Under the pieces are notes generated by a model. It searched no databases. It was given only the letters and a program-made list of their open reading frames with translations, and was not told the origin of the DNA. A stretch of 64,000 bases of DNA from Promethearchaeota archaeon (GTDB lineage: Archaea > Asgardarchaeota > Lokiarchaeia > Sigyniarchaeales > SOKP01), in the NCBI GenBank assembly GCA_048938005.1, contig JBHLMQ010000001.1:96001-160000 (forward strand), in the 5' to 3' direction. Of the stretch, positions 59,942 to 64,000 are shown in pieces; within the stretch, counting starts at the first letter, position 1, and every line of letters begins with the position of its first letter. The translations under genes were made by a program, and so were the position numbers.

Positions 59942-61789
59942 TTATAAAGTATAACTCCTTAACTGTTGAAGTAACTTATCAATTGTTCGATCAATTTTTT
60001 TTCTTCGTTTTTTGATTTTATCTGATAAATTTTGATATGCTGCTCTAGAAGGCACTCTACCTCTCTTATATCTAGATTCTAGAAGGCTTAGACTATCTTT
60101 AACACTTATTCTCTCCGCTTCAAGAACATCTAATTTTTTTATTATATTTTCAAAAGTTTCATTTGTCTCTATTATTATTTTTTTAAACGGAATTATCTCT
60201 TGTTGTATTTCTTCAATTTTCGATTTATTTTTATCTAAGATATTTTTATATTTCTTTTTTGCCATTTTTTTTCGTTTAGTATCTTCTTCTGCTTGTCTAA
60301 TTTCCAAGGTTAAAGCATTTTTTTCTTCGTATAAAGAAGAAAATTCTCTAATTTCGTTAACAGGAATAAATTCTCTTATTATCATAGCTTTATCATATTG
60401 TTTCTTTCTTGTTTTAGTAATTAAAACAAAAATTGAAGCAGATATAGCTATTATTAATATAAATATAACAGGTCTAAGAAGTATGTAAAAAGGATCTATA
60501 GTAAATGTAAATTGGATTAACATTTCTTCAATAGGAGTGACAAAATCGGATTTATATACAATTATAGTAGTTCCCTGAGATATTTTAATGGTATCTGGAG
60601 GATTGGTAATTGAATTGATATTTTGACACCCATCAATTATCACATTAATAGTTTGATCCCTTCCTAAATAATCATATACAGTTGTTAATAAATCGATCTT
60701 TACTGATTCTTGGAACCAATTTTGTGAAACATAATTTTCAAACGGTAAATTATATTCCACTTTAAAATTCCATATTGAATTAGGTGTCATATTGAGGCGA
60801 TTTACAAATAAATTAATTCTCACAGTTTTATATTTTGAAGTTCCTGAATTTTCAATTGTAATTCCTAATATTTCTCCTAAATCATCTGATATATATAGAT
60901 TGTCAGCATTTTTGGGAATTTTAAATGAAACTCTATAAAAATCTATTTTACCTAAATTTTGTATTGAGAAATCTTCTTTAACTCTTATTATCCCCCATGG
61001 CGAGATAAAAATGTTACGGTTTATTTCTATCATCTCTGTTTTTGTTGCGGAGGAGTCAGTAAAAGAGATTTTAGAATTCTTTTTGTCTCCTAAATTTTCC
61101 AAAAAAGGAGCTATAAAATCAGCACCAATTTCATTCTTTATGGTATTAAAATTAAATCTGACGAGATGGCGTCCATCATCGACAACACCCCAATCCGATT
61201 GTCCTCCTGATGCACTTATAGGATAATGAAAAATGGCTATTATTTTACCCTCTAACCTGTAAGGTAAAAGTGGATAAACCGTTACTAAAGAGCTTACAGG
61301 TTGCGGATTACTCTTCCCGTAGGAGGGTATATCTTTATAAATATAGTAGATCCTTATTCTTCTTGTTTGATGTGGTAATAGAGGGGAATTAAAATAAATA
61401 ACTATTAGTTCATGTCCATTCATTATCATATAAGGACTTTCAGTCAATAAGGTATTTTGATCCGTTCCCATGGCTTTAAAAAAAACTAAATCGTCAGATA
61501 GATCCACCGGAATTCCATAAAAAAATGAAGAAATCGGATTATTATTGAAATTTTTAATTTCTAATGAATCATTAATACTTATTAAACCTGTAAGACTTAT
61601 ATTAACTTGTCTATTAACTTGTGTAATTAATACATTTTCTATTCCTTCCAAACTGGAGGAATTTTCTAATTTACTATTTTTTTTGTAATTTGGATATTCT
61701 AGATTTGAATTATCTGCCAAGAATGAAAATATCACTATAAATAATAGAAATCCCGCGAAAAGTAATAATATTTTATCTCTTTTTAACAT
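59942..61789 (-). CDS. Ribophorin I (OST1)-like protein
   Basis: Lumenal beta region with ISPWG.I.VKE.F.I.N.G, single TM, cytosolic coiled coil. Confidence 0.75.
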   Translation of the reverse strand: MLKRDKILLLFAGFLLFIVIFSFLADNSNLEYPNYKKNSKLENSSSLEGIENVLITQVNRQVNISLTGLISINDSLEIKNFNNNPISSFFYGIPVDLSDDLVFFKAMGTDQNTLLTESPYMIMNGHELIVIYFNSPLLPHQTRRIRIYYIYKDIPSYGKSNPQPVSSLVTVYPLLPYRLEGKIIAIFHYPISASGGQSDWGVVDDGRHLVRFNFNTIKNEIGADFIAPFLENLGDKKNSKISFTDSSATKTEMIEINRNIFISPWGIIRVKEDFSIQNLGKIDFYRVSFKIPKNADNLYISDDLGEILGITIENSGTSKYKTVRINLFVNRLNMTPNSIWNFKVEYNLPFENYVSQNWFQESVKIDLLTTVYDYLGRDQTINVIIDGCQNINSITNPPDTIKISQGTTIIVYKSDFVTPIEEMLIQFTFTIDPFYILLRPVIFILIIAISASIFVLITKTRKKQYDKAMIIREFIPVNEIREFSSLYEEKNALTLEIRQAEEDTKRKKMAKKKYKNILDKNKSKIEEIQQEIIPFKKIIIETNETFENIIKKLDVLEAERISVKDSLSLLESRYKRGRVPSRAAYQNLSDKIKKRRKKIDRTIDKLLQQLRSYTL

Positions 61790-61943
61790 AATAATTTTTT
61801 GAAAACTTAAATTATCCTAAAATAATTAAAATTAAATATAAAAATTTATTAAATTTTTTTTCATATTTCAAGATAAAATTTTATATGTTTTCTGTAATTA
61901 CTTTAAAACATAATTTTAGTAAAATTTTCTATTAGTTTTGGTT

Positions 61944-62168
61944 ATGTCATCTCGTGGAACTCAATCAAGACGTAAAAAAAGAAGAAGTGGAACTTCTCCC
62001 ATGCCAATGGCAGGGGCAGGATTGATGAGATTCTTTCAAGATAGTTCAGTTGGGATTAAAATTGGCCCCATAAGTACTGTTCTGTTATCCTTAGCCTTAA
62101 TTATAGTAGTAATTCTAGCACACGTAGGTGTATTTAGTTGGTTATTTACCCCTGGCGGTGGAGGATAG
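61944..62168 (+). CDS. Preprotein translocase subunit Sec61beta
   Basis: AGLMRFFQD...GIKIGP..V plus TM ending in H. Confidence 0.88.
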   Translation: MSSRGTQSRRKKRRSGTSPMPMAGAGLMRFFQDSSVGIKIGPISTVLLSLALIIVVILAHVGVFSWLFTPGGGG

Positions 62169-62214
62169 TATTTTTTTCTCCTAATTCAACATTAATTAAC
62201 TTTTCTTAGTTTAA

Positions 62215-62508
62215 ATGAGAATTTCAGAATTTCAACAATTAATCAAAGATCTTTACTTAAATCGAGATAAAGGTAGAGGTATCCAATCTACTTTTATTTG
62301 GCTAATAGAAGAAATTGGAGAATTTGCCCGGATTTTAAAAAGTAAAGAAGTTGATTTGGTGAAGGCTTCAGAAGAATTAGCTGATATAATTGCTTGGACA
62401 AATTCATTAGCAAATTTATTAGATATTGATCTTGAATTTGCTTTATCAAACAAATATCCAGACATGTGTCTAAAGTGTAAATCTAATCCATGTATTTGTA
62501 GGAAGTAA
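62215..62508 (+). CDS. MazG-like nucleotide pyrophosphohydrolase
   Basis: WLIEEIGE, EELADIIAW, CLKC..PCIC. Confidence 0.88.
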   Translation: MRISEFQQLIKDLYLNRDKGRGIQSTFIWLIEEIGEFARILKSKEVDLVKASEELADIIAWTNSLANLLDIDLEFALSNKYPDMCLKCKSNPCICRK

Positions 62509-62630
62509 CAGATTCAATTAGAGACACAGAGAATAATAATATTTAAATTAAGCAAATCCTATAAACTTTCAAAATTTCTAAAAAACACAATTACATTTAT
62601 ATAAAAAATTTTAATTATAATATCTTTTTA

Positions 62631-63749
62631 GTGCTTACTATGAGCTTATCTGATAAAAAAATTTGGATAGACGTTGAGCAACCTAAAACTGCCATAATGT
62701 TTAAATCCCTATTCAGAATGTTTGAAAAAGAAGAAACAGAGCTTTTAATAACAGCCAGAGATTATGATTCAACATATCAAATTCTAGACGATTTTGGAGT
62801 AGAATACAAAAAAATTGGCAGGCATGGAGGTGGGAAATTAGAGGACAAATTGGAAACATACATAAGTCGATTAACACATCTTTTTCCTATAATTAAGAAA
62901 TTTTCACCCGATTATTTCGTTACTTTTCTATCTGTGGAAGGGACAAGAATTGCATATGGATTAAAAATTCCTTCTATTGGCATGAATGACGAACCGCGCA
63001 ATGAACCTGTATGTAAATTGATACATCCATTTATAGGAAACATTATAACTCCCGAATGTATACCTAAAGATTTGTATATAAGGCTTTATGCTGATCCAGA
63101 GAAAATTATTAGATATAATGGACTTGATGAAATTGCTTGGCTTTCAGAATATAATCCTAATCCACAAATTCTTGAAGAATTTGATATCAAAAAAGGAAAA
63201 TTTTTAATAATAAGGACAGAACCAACTAATGCTTGTTATTTAATTGATAAACTAAAAACAGAAGAAACTTTAATAAGTCAATTTTTTCCACCAATTTATA
63301 AAAAGTTCCCGAATCACAAATACTTCCTTTTAGTTCGTTCAAAAAAACAAGAACAATTCCTTTCAAAAAAGCTTAAAATATTTATTAAAGAAAAAAATGT
63401 TATAATAACCCAATATTTGCCAAATCTTGTTGATTTATGTTTTTATGGAGCTTTGATAATAAGTGGAGGAGGGACAATTGTAAGGGAATCCAGTTTATTA
63501 AATGTACCAAGTATAGAATTTTTTCCAGGAGAATCAGCACCACAAGAGATATTTTTAATAAAAAATGGTTTTCCTCTAGAACATATACATGACTCAAACA
63601 TATTAGTTGAAAGGACTATAGATATCCTCAATCAAGGACCTTCTCCAGAAAGATTTAAGATTAGTTCATTTAAAGATAAAATCAGCCAATTCGAAAATCC
63701 TATCGAAATATGTTTTAACCATGTAAAAAACAAAATGAGGAATAAGTAA
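62631..63749 (+). CDS. DUF354 / GT-B fold protein
   Basis: IWID, ITARDY, IGRHGG, SGGGT..RE. Confidence 0.85.
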   Translation: MLTMSLSDKKIWIDVEQPKTAIMFKSLFRMFEKEETELLITARDYDSTYQILDDFGVEYKKIGRHGGGKLEDKLETYISRLTHLFPIIKKFSPDYFVTFLSVEGTRIAYGLKIPSIGMNDEPRNEPVCKLIHPFIGNIITPECIPKDLYIRLYADPEKIIRYNGLDEIAWLSEYNPNPQILEEFDIKKGKFLIIRTEPTNACYLIDKLKTEETLISQFFPPIYKKFPNHKYFLLVRSKKQEQFLSKKLKIFIKEKNVIITQYLPNLVDLCFYGALIISGGGTIVRESSLLNVPSIEFFPGESAPQEIFLIKNGFPLEHIHDSNILVERTIDILNQGPSPERFKISSFKDKISQFENPIEICFNHVKNKMRNK

Positions 63750-63763
63750 AAGTTCTTAATAGG

Positions 63764-64000
63764 TTAAGCATCATCTAAAAACTTTTGATATATTACTTCA
63801 AGTTTCTTCCCAACTGAATCCCAACTATATCTTTTTACAAATTCTTGAGCTTTCTCAATTAAAGTTCTTCTCCTATTGTCATCTTTTAACAAATTTACAA
63901 TTTCTTTAGCTAATTGTTGAGGATTCCTTGGAGGAACAAATATTGCATTATCTTGTAAAACTTCACGATAGGCAATCATTGATGAACAAATAACTGGAGT
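63764..64000 (-). CDS. Glycosyltransferase family 4 C-terminus (partial, runs off window end)
   Basis: TPVICS...EV....A.FV.P.N...LA, YSWD. Confidence 0.75.
   Translation of the reverse strand, partial: TPVICSSMIAYREVLQDNAIFVPPRNPQQLAKEIVNLLKDDNRRRTLIEKAQEFVKRYSWDSVGKKLEVIYQKFLDDA

Noticed and set aside
1788-63631. Many other short antisense ORFs in the track (e.g. 1788-2057, 6332-6730, 19098-19487, 28680-29408, 57643-58011)
   Set aside because: Nested opposite well-supported genes, S/F/I/L-biased composition, no motifs
1-64000. CRISPR array, transposase, integrase or provirus genes
   Set aside because: No regularly spaced direct repeats and no recombinase, transposase or capsid motifs recognised

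Overview
AT-rich archaeal chromosomal window that looks like Lokiarchaeia (Asgard). This is inferred from eukaryote-like Sec61beta, ribophorin I, OSTC, roadblock and eEFSec-like SelB, and from Loki-type C-terminal anchors. It holds a selenocysteine machinery cluster (tRNA-Sec, SepSecS, SelB), the uS19-uL15 ribosomal protein operon, RNA-modification and repair genes, an Opp/Dpp ABC system, N-glycosylation/translocon genes and three tRNAs. Signals not explained by the ORF track: (1) an ~80-bp imperfect inverted repeat pair with a GGGTAA-N-TTACCC palindrome that brackets a 1.9-kb three-gene cassette and lies upstream of two probable cobalamin-uptake units; (2) uS14 and uL15 apparently starting at ATA and ATT behind GGTGA Shine-Dalgarno motifs; (3) an intron-containing tRNA-Ile(UAU); (4) a tRNA-Gln(UUG) with two 30-nt non-canonical introns; (5) a GA-rich tract forming an in-frame hydrophobic insertion in an ABC ATPase; (6) an SCP2-like pseudogene and three unannotated small ORFs. 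All family calls come from motif recognition by eye; no database searches were run.
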